A stretch of DNA of 64,000 nucleotides from positions 55,164-119,163 of the IMG/VR virus record IMGVR_UViG_3300033388_005265. One strand, given 5' to 3'. The notes under the pieces were generated by a model. That model did no database searches, was not told where the DNA came from, and saw only the letters and a program-made list of their open reading frames with translations. Within the stretch, counting starts at the first letter, position 1. Every line of letters begins with the position of its first letter. Positions 43,569 to 52,890 of this stretch are shown here, piece after piece. A program made the translations under genes and the position numbers. Source of the stretch: a virus.

Positions 43569-43762
43569 GATACATCTCCCTTACTTGCCTGTGCTACACC
43601 AATTGCAGCACCTATTCCTGGTAGCAGTCCCAATGTTGCTATTGCTACTGCTGATATAATCAAAATGGAAAGAGAATATAAAACACTCTTTGTTTCGTTG
43701 GTGACCTTCACTCTACCACCTCCCGTATTTAATCTTCCGGATGATGTTATGTCTAAAAACAT
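43565..43762 (-). CDS. Small membrane protein
   Basis: Hydrophobic C-terminal half. Confidence 0.45.
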   Translation of the reverse strand: MFLDITSSGRLNTGGGRVKVTNETKSVLYSLSILIISAVAIATLGLLPGIGAAIGVAQASKGDVS

Positions 43763-43867
43763 AGCCGGCAGCTATTATGAGTATCACTATGCTTAACTTG
43801 CCTAGCATACCAAATAGAGCTGACAATAACATCCATGCAAAGAACCACATAAAGAACACTTGCCAAT

Positions 43868-44116
43868 TCATATGATCATCTCCCCTATAGTTGCGAGCTC
43901 TACTGGACTGATGTCCATATCTTTATTATTCTGGACGAAAGAATAAACGTCCTGTGCTCTCTGGCACTCTACCTCGGTGTCACTTAGAGGTATCACGTCA
44001 CCTCCAAGGTCTTCAAATAGCTCAGAGCATATCAGTGCATCAGAGCGTCTACTACTCACCGTAGCTTGTGATGGTCCTTTGTTTTGCGGTACAAAGTATA
44101 CCTGGTTACCTCTCAT
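43868..44116 (-). CDS. Hypothetical protein
   Basis: ORF track; GGAGG RBS. Confidence 0.6.
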   Translation of the reverse strand: MRGNQVYFVPQNKGPSQATVSSRRSDALICSELFEDLGGDVIPLSDTEVECQRAQDVYSFVQNNKDMDISPVELATIGEMII

Positions 44117-44311
44117 CTCAACCTCCTAATTAAATTTGAAAAGGAGAAAAGATAATACTCACGTTACTTGGGGACATCAATGCTTGTCAATTACAACAGC
44201 CTATGCCCTTGCTCTTGCCTTGGGGTATACTGTGGGGTCCAAAGAATGTAGGGGTCTATGCTAAGTAAGATAATCCCACTCACCACCGAAGTGATGAGCA
44301 GGGTAAATCAC

Positions 44312-45208
44312 TTAGACTTCGTTCATAGCTAGCATAACTGTCTCTCTAGCTAAGAGCTCATCTTCTGGTGAATCAGCATAACCATATGCCTCATCACCGT
44401 CTACGTATACAGGATCACTATCACTCACCCTCTCCATACGCTTAGCTCTGATCTTATGCATTACTTCAGACCAGTTCTTCTTAAACGCTTTGTTAGGCTT
44501 GTAATATGTATCAAGTAACCATGCTACTCCTGCAGCCTGATCCTGAGTCATTATTGGGTCAGACTTATCACGAGACTTAGCTTCCTTGATTATCCATGTC
44601 CAATACCTCTTGGCATAGCTGGCAAGCTTAACTTTGTTGCCTCTATTACCATATCTGATAATGGCTCCTGATATTGAGAAGAACAAGTCGACTCTCTCCT
44701 GCTCTCTCTTCTGGATATGATCCCAGTTGACCTTAGCACGAAATTGACCACTAGCCTTGTCAAAATACATGCTATCCTCTCTAGCACCTCTATCAATCAT
44801 GGCATTAGGACCATCGAGGAAATCTCTTTCGAGATCTTCTCCTTGTAACCTGATAGGGTGATCAATAGCCCACTGTTCAGCTTGTGATGTGACTACACCT
44901 GGTGTCTCTAGTATATTCACGAAGATTCCAGCCTCATATAAATAAGACTGTAACTCCTGACCAAGCACACCATTCTGATCAGCAAGATCTGTGAGATACT
45001 CACTGTTACTGTATGGATTAAGACTCTCAAACTTAAGATCGTCTATTGCCAGTGTCAGTACAGCACACCTATCCCAATCCTGCTCTTTCTCAGCAGTATC
45101 GTACTCAGCCCGTAATACTAAGAGCTCTGTCCAGTTAGCAATCATTTGCTTAGCTGAATCTACGTTATCGTTAATATCTTTCCACTCTCTACCTTTTACG
45201 TTGTTCAT
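44312..45208 (-). CDS. Hypothetical protein
   Basis: 298-aa ORF; GGAGG RBS. Confidence 0.75.
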   Translation of the reverse strand: MNNVKGREWKDINDNVDSAKQMIANWTELLVLRAEYDTAEKEQDWDRCAVLTLAIDDLKFESLNPYSNSEYLTDLADQNGVLGQELQSYLYEAGIFVNILETPGVVTSQAEQWAIDHPIRLQGEDLERDFLDGPNAMIDRGAREDSMYFDKASGQFRAKVNWDHIQKREQERVDLFFSISGAIIRYGNRGNKVKLASYAKRYWTWIIKEAKSRDKSDPIMTQDQAAGVAWLLDTYYKPNKAFKKNWSEVMHKIRAKRMERVSDSDPVYVDGDEAYGYADSPEDELLARETVMLAMNEV

Positions 45209-45232
45209 CTCTCTACCTCCGTTAGTTTATGT

Positions 45233-45514
45233 TTATATATCTTTGATTGTATAGCCACACACAGGACACGTCTCCACACCCTTGTGGATCTGCGTATCTA
45301 TCTCACAGGTAGGACACGTATGCCCTTGATATGTGAGATCATCCTTGTATAACTCGCGGGGATCTCTTTTCCCCATTTCAGTGAATATCTTTACGTCTCC
45401 TTCTATTTTCTCTTTCATCTCATCCTCCATGCTACGATTAAAGTTTACGACATGTTCAAGTCCGGCTTTGGACACTTTGCATTTGCGAATGTCCATTAGA
45501 TGACGTCTTCCCAT
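45233..45514 (-). CDS. Zinc-ribbon protein
   Basis: CPTC...CPVCGY. Confidence 0.6.
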   Translation of the reverse strand: MGRRHLMDIRKCKVSKAGLEHVVNFNRSMEDEMKEKIEGDVKIFTEMGKRDPRELYKDDLTYQGHTCPTCEIDTQIHKGVETCPVCGYTIKDI

Positions 45515-45678
45515 ACGTTTACCTCTTTACCAGCAGGCAAGGCGTCTATAGCCTTAAGATAGATGTCTTTATCTAAGTATCCGCCATCCACACCTAAAAG
45601 GTATGACTGAGCAGCCCTTAGCTCCTCTACGTCGTTAAAGTAGAAGAACTGTTTACCTTGTATGCTTAGTTCTACCAT
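45496..45678 (-). CDS. Hypothetical protein
   Basis: ORF track; GGAGG RBS. Confidence 0.55.
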   Translation of the reverse strand: MVELSIQGKQFFYFNDVEELRAAQSYLLGVDGGYLDKDIYLKAIDALPAGKEVNVWEDVI

Positions 45679-46000
45679 GTTAGTACCTCCGTAGCAGTTC
45701 TTTTACCTTGTTTTCTACAACCTCTATAGCAAACTCAAACAACAAGTCTGTTACTATGTAGAGTGCGCCCAATGCGCCTAACATGAACTCCATGAATCCA
45801 TTTATATACAACTTAGCGAATCTCATCTTAGTACCCCCTTATGCTAAACGTTAATATCAACAGTGCATAGAACATCAGTCCTAGCACCAGCATGCCACCT
45901 GCTGTCATAGCCATGTGTATACCATCAGCATGCCTCTCTCTCCATGTAAGCCTATAGTTCTTCATATCATGCATATCATCACCTCTCATTAGTGTTAGTG

Positions 46001-46450
46001 TTACCTAGTGTGCTTATACTCAAGCATAGCCACCTGTACATCAGCTACCTCGACAGTAGTACAGTACTCACTGTCTAGCCATGCCTGTATGTGCACAGCC
46101 TCTATGTCCTTAGCTACTAGCCTAAGGGTAGGGTCACTAGTCAGTGCCCTATATGCCATGCCTATCATGCCCGTACCTATACCACTACCACATGTAGGCG
46201 TAGGTGTATGTGTACGTACTACACGTCTACGCTGCTTGGGTACAGCAGGTGTACTCATACCACTACACTCACTGTGTATAGCAGCATCTAGCTGTGCATG
46301 TAGCTTACCTGTCCTTACCTGTATAGCCTTCATCTTACTGTCTACTACTACGTTTATATCTCTCATTGTCTTGCTCCTCTCATATATGTGCTTAACTACA
46401 CATGTGTACGTTGCCTTATGCCTTCTTCCATACCAGCTTAGCATCACCAT
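46001..46450 (-). CDS. Hypothetical protein
   Basis: ORF track; likely start MRDINV. Confidence 0.5.
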   Translation of the reverse strand: MVMLSWYGRRHKATYTCVVKHIYERSKTMRDINVVVDSKMKAIQVRTGKLHAQLDAAIHSECSGMSTPAVPKQRRRVVRTHTPTPTCGSGIGTGMIGMAYRALTSDPTLRLVAKDIEAVHIQAWLDSEYCTTVEVADVQVAMLEYKHTR

Positions 46451-46646
46451 TGATACTAGTCAGTAGTCTACTAGCCTTGCTCTTCATATCACCACAGTGT
46501 ACATCACTACATACTGTGCTGAATGTACCATCATGCTGCTTGATAGCAGACACATACTTGCCATTCCTACATGTCCAATACACAACTAACTCATTACTAT
46601 CCTTCTTTGACCATAGATCCATAAACTTCTTCATCTTATCCTCCAT
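46416..46646 (-). CDS. Hypothetical protein
   Basis: ORF track; first gene of the minus-strand block. Confidence 0.55.
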   Translation of the reverse strand: MEDKMKKFMDLWSKKDSNELVVYWTCRNGKYVSAIKQHDGTFSTVCSDVHCGDMKSKASRLLTSINGDAKLVWKKA

Positions 46647-46822
46647 CCGTTAAGGTTATATTGCTATCAGAAACAACCGGGGGTCGTTAGGAATCGTCAC
46701 GATCTCCCTATATATTCTATACCTACCCTGAACCGATATATAAAAACGGAGATTATAGAACCTCAAAAAAATATATATTCTCAAACCTGGTATATTGGAA
46801 AAAATTATGCTATAATACGTAT

Positions 46823-47629
46823 ATGAAGATTTGTAAGAAAATTAAATGTTATTCATGTGGTGAAATTAAACATAAAAGCGAATTTAATATTTTACTGAGT
46901 ACACCAAGAGGACGCCAATACTGGTGTCTAGATTGCAGGGATATAGTCAAAGAGAAAAGGAGAATTAGAGAGAGCTACAAAATAATAGTAGACCCATTAT
47001 CAAAGCCTATGGGTAAGCCATGCAGCAATAAGTGTGGTAGTTTTGCGTTAAGCACAAGCAATAAGCCAAGAATGTGTGCAACATGCTTAGCTATCAGTAT
47101 TAAAAAATGCCAAACAAGAAGCAAAGAAAGAGTAAATAATAGTAAAGACAATATCAGAGAGATTTACAATAAGTTGATATTGACAGATGGAACCAAGCTA
47201 TGCAGAAACGAAGAATGTAACACTGAGAAGCCATATTCTGAATTTTATATTAACTTTGAGTCAAAGGACCACTTAGGGTTCTGGTGTAAAGACTGTGTCA
47301 AAGATACAAGGTCTAAACACTACCAAGACAATAAAGATGCATATAGGGTTCGACACAGAAAATGGAAAAGAGATAATAGAGTCTCAATCAAACGCAGACA
47401 CAAAGAAGCCAAGGTTGCTTGGGGAGACACCACAGCAATAAGGCTTCTCTACAAAGAGATGCGTAGACTTAATAAAGAAGCCGGGTATGTCAAATATCAT
47501 GTTGATCATGTTATACCTATGCATCATCCTCTTGTATGTGGTCTTCATGTTGAGACAAACCTTCAAATTATACTTGCAACCGTTAACGAACGCAAAGGTA
47601 ATTCCTTCACGCCTGGTCCCCAGGCATAG
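46823..47629 (+). CDS. Putative HNH homing endonuclease, more divergent family A
   Basis: Three Cys clusters; VAWGD...YHVDHVIPM....VCGLHVETNL...N..K.N. Confidence 0.85.
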   Translation: MKICKKIKCYSCGEIKHKSEFNILLSTPRGRQYWCLDCRDIVKEKRRIRESYKIIVDPLSKPMGKPCSNKCGSFALSTSNKPRMCATCLAISIKKCQTRSKERVNNSKDNIREIYNKLILTDGTKLCRNEECNTEKPYSEFYINFESKDHLGFWCKDCVKDTRSKHYQDNKDAYRVRHRKWKRDNRVSIKRRHKEAKVAWGDTTAIRLLYKEMRRLNKEAGYVKYHVDHVIPMHHPLVCGLHVETNLQIILATVNERKGNSFTPGPQA

Positions 47630-47713
47630 TAGATCCCAAGTATCCCCATACCTAAAGATCCTTTAGCATCTTTTTTAAATAATCTTTTTATATTACTTAA
47701 TGCCTTAAAATAC

Positions 47714-48103
47714 TTGGGGGAAGTTATGACAGAAGACAACAAAATGCTTATCGTTGATGACGATGAGCAAATCTTAACTATGCTTGAATTTCTATTCACT
47801 ACAAAGGGATATAACGTTCTTGTTACAGATAATGCCAGAGACGCAATAAGAGTAGCACGCAAGGAACATCCAGACGTAATACTTCTTGACATTAAGATGC
47901 CTGGGATGGACGGATGCGAGTTCGTAAAGAAGACAGCATTAATGGATGAGATAAGAGATATTCCGATTGTAGTGTTAACTGCTACAGGACCTGCACATAA
48001 AACATGTCTTCTGTCACAGGGCGTATGTGACTATATAGAGAAACCGTTTCAATCAGTTAAACTAATAAAAGCCATAGAGGAAGCTATAAAGAAGAAGATA
48101 TAA
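47714..48103 (+). CDS. Single-domain response regulator (CheY-like receiver)
   Basis: LIVDDD, ILLDIKMPGMDG (phospho-Asp), VLTA and IEKPF all present. Confidence 0.95.
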   Translation: MGEVMTEDNKMLIVDDDEQILTMLEFLFTTKGYNVLVTDNARDAIRVARKEHPDVILLDIKMPGMDGCEFVKKTALMDEIRDIPIVVLTATGPAHKTCLLSQGVCDYIEKPFQSVKLIKAIEEAIKKKI

Positions 48104-48120
48104 CAATAGGAGGAGTTAAC

Positions 48121-48606
48121 ATGAGACTAGTAACGTTCGTAGCTGCGGGGATATTTTTAATCATTACCTGTACACTATCTATGTCAGATGACCTACAAAA
48201 GATAGTACAAACAGTATCTAACAACATATCTGTAGCTAATTCTTTACCAAATAGCACAATATACATATCTAAGGACCTAAAACCTAACATTGCGTACAGT
48301 ATCAGTCCTAATAGTAAAGATATCTTAGTAACATACGGAATGATCAACTTAGTTGACAATCAAGATCAATTAGCTTTCGAATTAGCAAGTATTCATGCAA
48401 TTACAACTAATAAGACTTGTTCTCTTCAAAAGACCAAGAAAGACCTATGTCTTGACATTGTAGCACTAGGATATATGGCGATGGCGGGATATGACACTGC
48501 TGAGGGAATTAAAATACTTGGAAAGCTGATAGATGTTTCTAATCATGATCCTAATATAATTAAAAGATACTTATTCCTACAAGCCTACATAAAAAAAATA
48601 AAATAA
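48121..48606 (+). CDS. Degenerate peptidase M48-like secreted protein lacking HExxH
   Basis: Signal-like N-terminus; NIAYS...ILVTYGMINLVDNQDQLAFELASIH; DIVALGYMAMAGYD. Confidence 0.65.
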   Translation: MRLVTFVAAGIFLIITCTLSMSDDLQKIVQTVSNNISVANSLPNSTIYISKDLKPNIAYSISPNSKDILVTYGMINLVDNQDQLAFELASIHAITTNKTCSLQKTKKDLCLDIVALGYMAMAGYDTAEGIKILGKLIDVSNHDPNIIKRYLFLQAYIKKIK

Positions 48607-48614
48607 AATAAAAC

Positions 48615-48644
48615 TTGACAGAATATTGTGAAACGTGATATAAT
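48615..48644 (+). promoter_or_regulatory. Sigma70-like promoter
   Basis: TTGACA-18 bp-TATAAT with TGn. Confidence 0.8.
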
Positions 48645-48726
48645 CCGCTCTTAGTAATTAAGAAGAACGTTATTGCTTTGCACGTAAGTGCTTAGCTGTA
48701 ACTAGAAGAGACTACTAGCTTCTGGA
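48645..48726 (+). ncRNA. Candidate small structured RNA/leader, copy B
   Basis: Three hairpins homologous to 29151-29238. Confidence 0.55.
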
Positions 48727-48903
48727 AACTGGTGTATTTTCTTATAGAGAATTGTAGTACATGTTCCATTAATTGCAATTTTTTAAGGTTAAGTAGTCGA
48801 CTTGGGAAATTAAACTTAACACTTCGTGGGAGAGCACAGGTCCATTCCCAGGTTAAAACCTTTATGCAAAAATTATAGTAAGATTATATAGGAGCCATTA
48901 TAT

Positions 48904-49065
48904 ATGGTAGGAGACACAATATTCAGTATACTTGGAAGCATCGCTATTATATCATTATATATAGTCGCGTATAAATTCCTCATAACACTCACCCTATTCG
49001 CGGGATATTCTTCCCCTCTTTCATTAGCTTTAGCGGTTATCTGTTTTATCCACCTCTACAAATAA
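48904..49065 (+). CDS. Small membrane protein (53 aa, not in ORF track)
   Basis: AGGAG RBS; MVGDTIFSILGSIAIISLYIVAYKFLITLTLFAGYSSPLSLALAVICFIHLYK. Confidence 0.55.
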   Translation: MVGDTIFSILGSIAIISLYIVAYKFLITLTLFAGYSSPLSLALAVICFIHLYK

Positions 49066-49069
49066 TATC

Positions 49070-49099
49070 TTGACTTTCCCTAATTGATCATGTTACAAT
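49070..49099 (+). promoter_or_regulatory. Sigma70-like promoter
   Basis: TTGACT-18 bp-TACAAT with TGn; AGGAGG RBS downstream. Confidence 0.55.
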
Positions 49100-49130
49100 G
49101 CGCCTATAATTCAAATCAATAGGAGGAACA

Positions 49131-49421
49131 ATGAGTACAAAAGCACACATAGATCTACTAGGACACAAGGTAAAAGACGCAGTAACAGGTTTCGAAGGAG
49201 TAGTGACATCAATGTCATTCGACCTATATGGTTGTATCCAGGCCATAGTAACTCCAGAGGTAGATAAGAAAGGAGAGAAAGGAGAATCACACTGGTTTGA
49301 TGTCTCTAGACTTAAAGTCCTTACCAAGCAGCCAGTAATGGCTCTACCTGATTTCGAAGCAGGATATGTCGCAGCAGGCGGTAAGGGTCCAGAAAGCAAG
49401 TCAATTCCTGACAGATTCTAA
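49131..49421 (+). CDS. Conserved hypothetical phage protein
   Basis: LLGHKVKD.VTGFEGVVT.....LYGC.Q..V.P......WFD..RL. Confidence 0.8.
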   Translation: MSTKAHIDLLGHKVKDAVTGFEGVVTSMSFDLYGCIQAIVTPEVDKKGEKGESHWFDVSRLKVLTKQPVMALPDFEAGYVAAGGKGPESKSIPDRF

Positions 49422-49456
49422 TTAAAAGAACATAATACTAGGCATAGGCACCCCTT

Positions 49457-49642
49457 ATGGACAGAATACTATACAATAACCCACTAATGAGTAGTGAGAT
49501 CTTCATGGAATGTAGTACACATAAGATTCCATATCCCAAGGGTGCCAAGTGTCCAGCATGTGAAGAGACAGAGATTATAACTAATTATTCGAAGAACACA
49601 AAACAGTTCTACAAATCCAGAAAGAAAAACTTTAAAATCTAA
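49457..49642 (+). CDS. Small hypothetical protein
   Basis: C..H...CPAC. Confidence 0.4.
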   Translation: MDRILYNNPLMSSEIFMECSTHKIPYPKGAKCPACEETEIITNYSKNTKQFYKSRKKNFKI

Positions 49643-49650
49643 GGAGTAGT

Positions 49651-49977
49651 ATGGTTAACACACCAGACAAGTTTTGTTTTAATGGATACGCTGGATGCGA
49701 TATAGAAGCCTATAGAGGTGAAACGTTCCTAGGTCATATAAGAGCCTTTGCTGTTGAAGGTAAGACTAGCACAATACTCATGTTAAGTAATACTGACTAT
49801 GTAGGCATTAAAGCTCTTGAAAAAGGATTCAATATAGTGCTTACAGCATCTGATGAACATGGGCGTCAAATGATTATGACAGTATATGGATGTAAGCTAG
49901 AAGGAGAGGCAACTATAAACGAAATGAACCCAATGACCATAGAAAGTGTAGATTGGTGGGAGGATATAATTAAATGA
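49651..49977 (+). CDS. Hypothetical protein
   Basis: ORF track; AAGGAG RBS. Confidence 0.65.
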   Translation: MVNTPDKFCFNGYAGCDIEAYRGETFLGHIRAFAVEGKTSTILMLSNTDYVGIKALEKGFNIVLTASDEHGRQMIMTVYGCKLEGEATINEMNPMTIESVDWWEDIIK

Positions 49978-50402
49978 GTGAGCTAAACAGGAGACAGCTT
50001 CTTAAAGCAGGACTAATAGCGACGGCGGGATTACTTTTACCAACATCAGTACTAGCAAAGGTTTTAGAGCCACAAAACCGTCAACAACTCAGAACTACAT
50101 ACAGACTAGACCGTAATCCAGCACCTGTATATACAATGCCAGGAGTGAAAACTCCTCCAAGAATATCTGTGACAAAAATAGACTTTATGGATTTAAAGAA
50201 AGGCGATAGGTTCCTAATGATGGAGCCAGAAGGAGTTAAAGTCCAAAACACGTTTGTAACTAATGATGATGGTATATGGAAGTTCAGAGCAACAGGTAAT
50301 CCATATATGAAGGATTTTGGAAAAGGTCTTGTAGGAACAATTGAATCTGAACCATTCACTGTAGAAGAAATGAACTTTTATACAATAGGAGAGATAGAGT
50401 GA
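49974..50402 (+). CDS. Protein with a twin-arginine (Tat)-like signal peptide
   Basis: LNRRQLLKAGLIATAGLLLPTSVLA. Confidence 0.7.
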   Translation: MSELNRRQLLKAGLIATAGLLLPTSVLAKVLEPQNRQQLRTTYRLDRNPAPVYTMPGVKTPPRISVTKIDFMDLKKGDRFLMMEPEGVKVQNTFVTNDDGIWKFRATGNPYMKDFGKGLVGTIESEPFTVEEMNFYTIGEIE

Positions 50403-50653
50403 GCGAACTAAGATATATACCAGTAGTAAAATGTTCGGTGTGTCCATATGTAAGAGCACATCATCTGCTTGACAAGCAATATGTTTGTCTTGCACAGGAT
50501 AAAGAAGCAGATAACGACGTAACCTTTCCAGTAATGAATAGTCTAGTCTCAAGAGACTGCAAATTACCTGCTGGGAAGCCTGAGGATCTCCCTGAAGAGG
50601 AGTTCTCTGAAGATGACTACTTGGATGAAGATGACGACACAAAGGAGGTTTAA
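50399..50653 (+). CDS. Cys-rich hypothetical protein
   Basis: CSVCPY...C...CKL; similar to 55666..55953. Confidence 0.55.
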   Translation: MSELRYIPVVKCSVCPYVRAHHLLDKQYVCLAQDKEADNDVTFPVMNSLVSRDCKLPAGKPEDLPEEEFSEDDYLDEDDDTKEV

Positions 50654-50926
50654 ATGAGCAATAAGAGGATTTACAAATATCAGGTTCAAGTGAAAGATAA
50701 CTTCTCTATAGATATGCCAAGGAACGCGCATATTCTTTGTGTACAGCTACAACTTGAAGTGCCTTATATTTGGGCTATGGTAGATACTGATGCAGAAACT
50801 GTGACTAGAGACTTTATGGTTATAGGAACAGGAAATCCAATTCCTGAGCTTACCAAGGGATATGCTCACATAGGTACATTCCAACTTCACGGTGGAAGTT
50901 TAGTTTTTCACCTTATGGAGGTATAA
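50654..50926 (+). CDS. Conserved phage protein (tentatively DUF7352-like)
   Basis: IYKY...MP..A.IL.VQ.Q.....IWA.V....GTG....IGTFQ..G.LVFHL.E. Confidence 0.75.
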   Translation: MSNKRIYKYQVQVKDNFSIDMPRNAHILCVQLQLEVPYIWAMVDTDAETVTRDFMVIGTGNPIPELTKGYAHIGTFQLHGGSLVFHLMEV

Positions 50927-51601
50927 ATGCATTATGAGGACACAAGAGAAAGAATGGCTATGATAGACGGAGGATATGTGCCAAGACAAGAACCAGTAGA
51001 CGAGCCACCAACGCATCGTGGAAACAATGTATCAATGGGTGATTATAGACTTCTAAGGGTTCATGGGTATTCAGCTGGTGAAATAGACCAAAGAGTAAAT
51101 GATGGAAGCATTAATCATATTCTAGATCGACTAAGGATACAAGCACAACCTGCAGAACAGAAGTGGGAGAACTTAGGTCTAAAAGGACCAAAGAAAACTA
51201 AAAGCGGATATTCCGTAATGAATACAGTAGCTTTGAAGCGTGCGTTGACAAAGGACTCTCTTCCGGATGCTATAGATCGTCTTAAAGGCGAAATGATAGA
51301 AACGATAAGAGAAGAGTTGAAAACCAAAGACAGCTTGGAGACTGCCAAAGGACTCGTAGACAGAGCAATAAATATTCAAGTCAACACAAGTCAGAACACA
51401 TATTTTGAACCAGATGAAGAGAGAAGGTATGAGGATCGTCTTGATGGGCACCCAGGTATACTAAACCAGTTCATGATGGATGTAGCAACAAACGGCGGGA
51501 ACATTGTTTCTGTAATAAGGATAGACAATGATGTAGTACTAGTTCACTATAAAATTCCAAGTGATGTAATTATTACCCTTGACAACATGCAAAGCAGATG
51601 A
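50927..51601 (+). CDS. Hypothetical protein
   Basis: ORF track. Confidence 0.65.
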   Translation: MHYEDTRERMAMIDGGYVPRQEPVDEPPTHRGNNVSMGDYRLLRVHGYSAGEIDQRVNDGSINHILDRLRIQAQPAEQKWENLGLKGPKKTKSGYSVMNTVALKRALTKDSLPDAIDRLKGEMIETIREELKTKDSLETAKGLVDRAINIQVNTSQNTYFEPDEERRYEDRLDGHPGILNQFMMDVATNGGNIVSVIRIDNDVVLVHYKIPSDVIITLDNMQSR

Positions 51602-51615
51602 TATAATAGGGTCAT

Positions 51616-51885
51616 ATGAATGAGAAAACACAATATCAACCAGTCAACAGTATCTGGTTTCATACTAAAGGAAGCTTCAACGACGTAGGAATAGTCGCAG
51701 GATTAGACACCGTCACAGGAGAGGTAAAAACATTTATTGGTACGGCAAGCGGTTACAACAAGATTACAGACGAAAAATACATACTAAAAACCGGCACAGA
51801 CCTATCATGCGTAGACATTACTAATTTCACAATCACCTCCAACATTATTGCCCAGAAAATACTAGATAATAACCCAGACGACTAA
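51616..51885 (+). CDS. Hypothetical protein
   Basis: ORF track; IGTASG.....DE..I...G. Confidence 0.6.
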   Translation: MNEKTQYQPVNSIWFHTKGSFNDVGIVAGLDTVTGEVKTFIGTASGYNKITDEKYILKTGTDLSCVDITNFTITSNIIAQKILDNNPDD

Positions 51886-52214
51886 TGGGTGACATAAAAG
51901 CATACCTAAGATGCACAAGGCTTGGTCCTTACTCAAAAGACGGAGAGACAGATCCGTTCCACGCTTACCAAGCAGGCATCATTTCTAAGGGCAAACTACT
52001 CACAATAATCGAACACGAAATCCTTGACCTCTTAAAAACGGATAGCAGAGCGATTGCAGCAACCAAAGAATTACAAGAAGTATCGCTGATAGATCCGTTA
52101 CACTCTGACGAGGCAACACTCATTATAAGCAAATACATTAACCGCGAAGAACCATGTCATATATGTGGTCTTTCAGGCGGAGAACATTTAGGCTTTTGTA
52201 GCGCAGGGAGATAA
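51885..52214 (+). CDS. Hypothetical protein with C-terminal zinc knuckle
   Basis: CHICG...H...C. Confidence 0.6.
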   Translation: MGDIKAYLRCTRLGPYSKDGETDPFHAYQAGIISKGKLLTIIEHEILDLLKTDSRAIAATKELQEVSLIDPLHSDEATLIISKYINREEPCHICGLSGGEHLGFCSAGR

Positions 52215-52215
52215 G

Positions 52216-52890
52216 ATGGCAAGATTAAGTGATTTTCATCCAGATAACTTAGGACCAGTAGACGAAGACCCATATAGAGACAGATCCCAAGAAAGAGTAG
52301 AAGGTGAAGCCTTAGACCTCAGAGAGCAAATGCAAGAAGCAATACGAGAAGCTGCTGCACAACACATAGGGATGCCTATGAACCAACGAACAAGAGATCA
52401 ACTCTCAGCAACTGTATCTACAGCAATAATGGACAATATGAACTTAACCGATCAGTCGGTAGTAGGGACAGTTCCAGGTTCAACTCCAATGACTAGTAGA
52501 ACACTTGAATCAGGACAACCTATGATGCATAGCGTCAACATGGAAATGACTGTAGTTAATACAAATGGTGTAGCCAAAGATGAACGTGGTAATCCTTTGT
52601 TCTGTTATGGGTGTGCAGGATCTGCGGCGGATGCTTCTTTTCCAAGCTTTGCAGTAGAATGGCGTTGTAGTAACTGTATTAGATGTATGAATGAAGAGAT
52701 GACTTCACTAGAGAAAAAAGGCCAAAAGACATATGACAAATACATAAATGCAGAATACACAGAAATCCTAAGTCAAGACATAAGAGACGCATATAAAGAA
52801 GAGCTAAAGAAAGAAGTAATTGAAGAGCTAAACACAGACAAGACTATTCTAACAGGTCAGAAACTAAAGAGGATAATTAAAAATGGCTGA
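52216..52890 (+). CDS. Hypothetical protein with CYGC...CxxC module
   Basis: C-terminal architecture shared with 52883..53818. Confidence 0.65.
   Translation: MARLSDFHPDNLGPVDEDPYRDRSQERVEGEALDLREQMQEAIREAAAQHIGMPMNQRTRDQLSATVSTAIMDNMNLTDQSVVGTVPGSTPMTSRTLESGQPMMHSVNMEMTVVNTNGVAKDERGNPLFCYGCAGSAADASFPSFAVEWRCSNCIRCMNEEMTSLEKKGQKTYDKYINAEYTEILSQDIRDAYKEELKKEVIEELNTDKTILTGQKLKRIIKNG

Noticed and set aside
46008-46466. 152-aa plus-strand ORF
   Set aside because: Antisense shadow arising from the local low-stop composition
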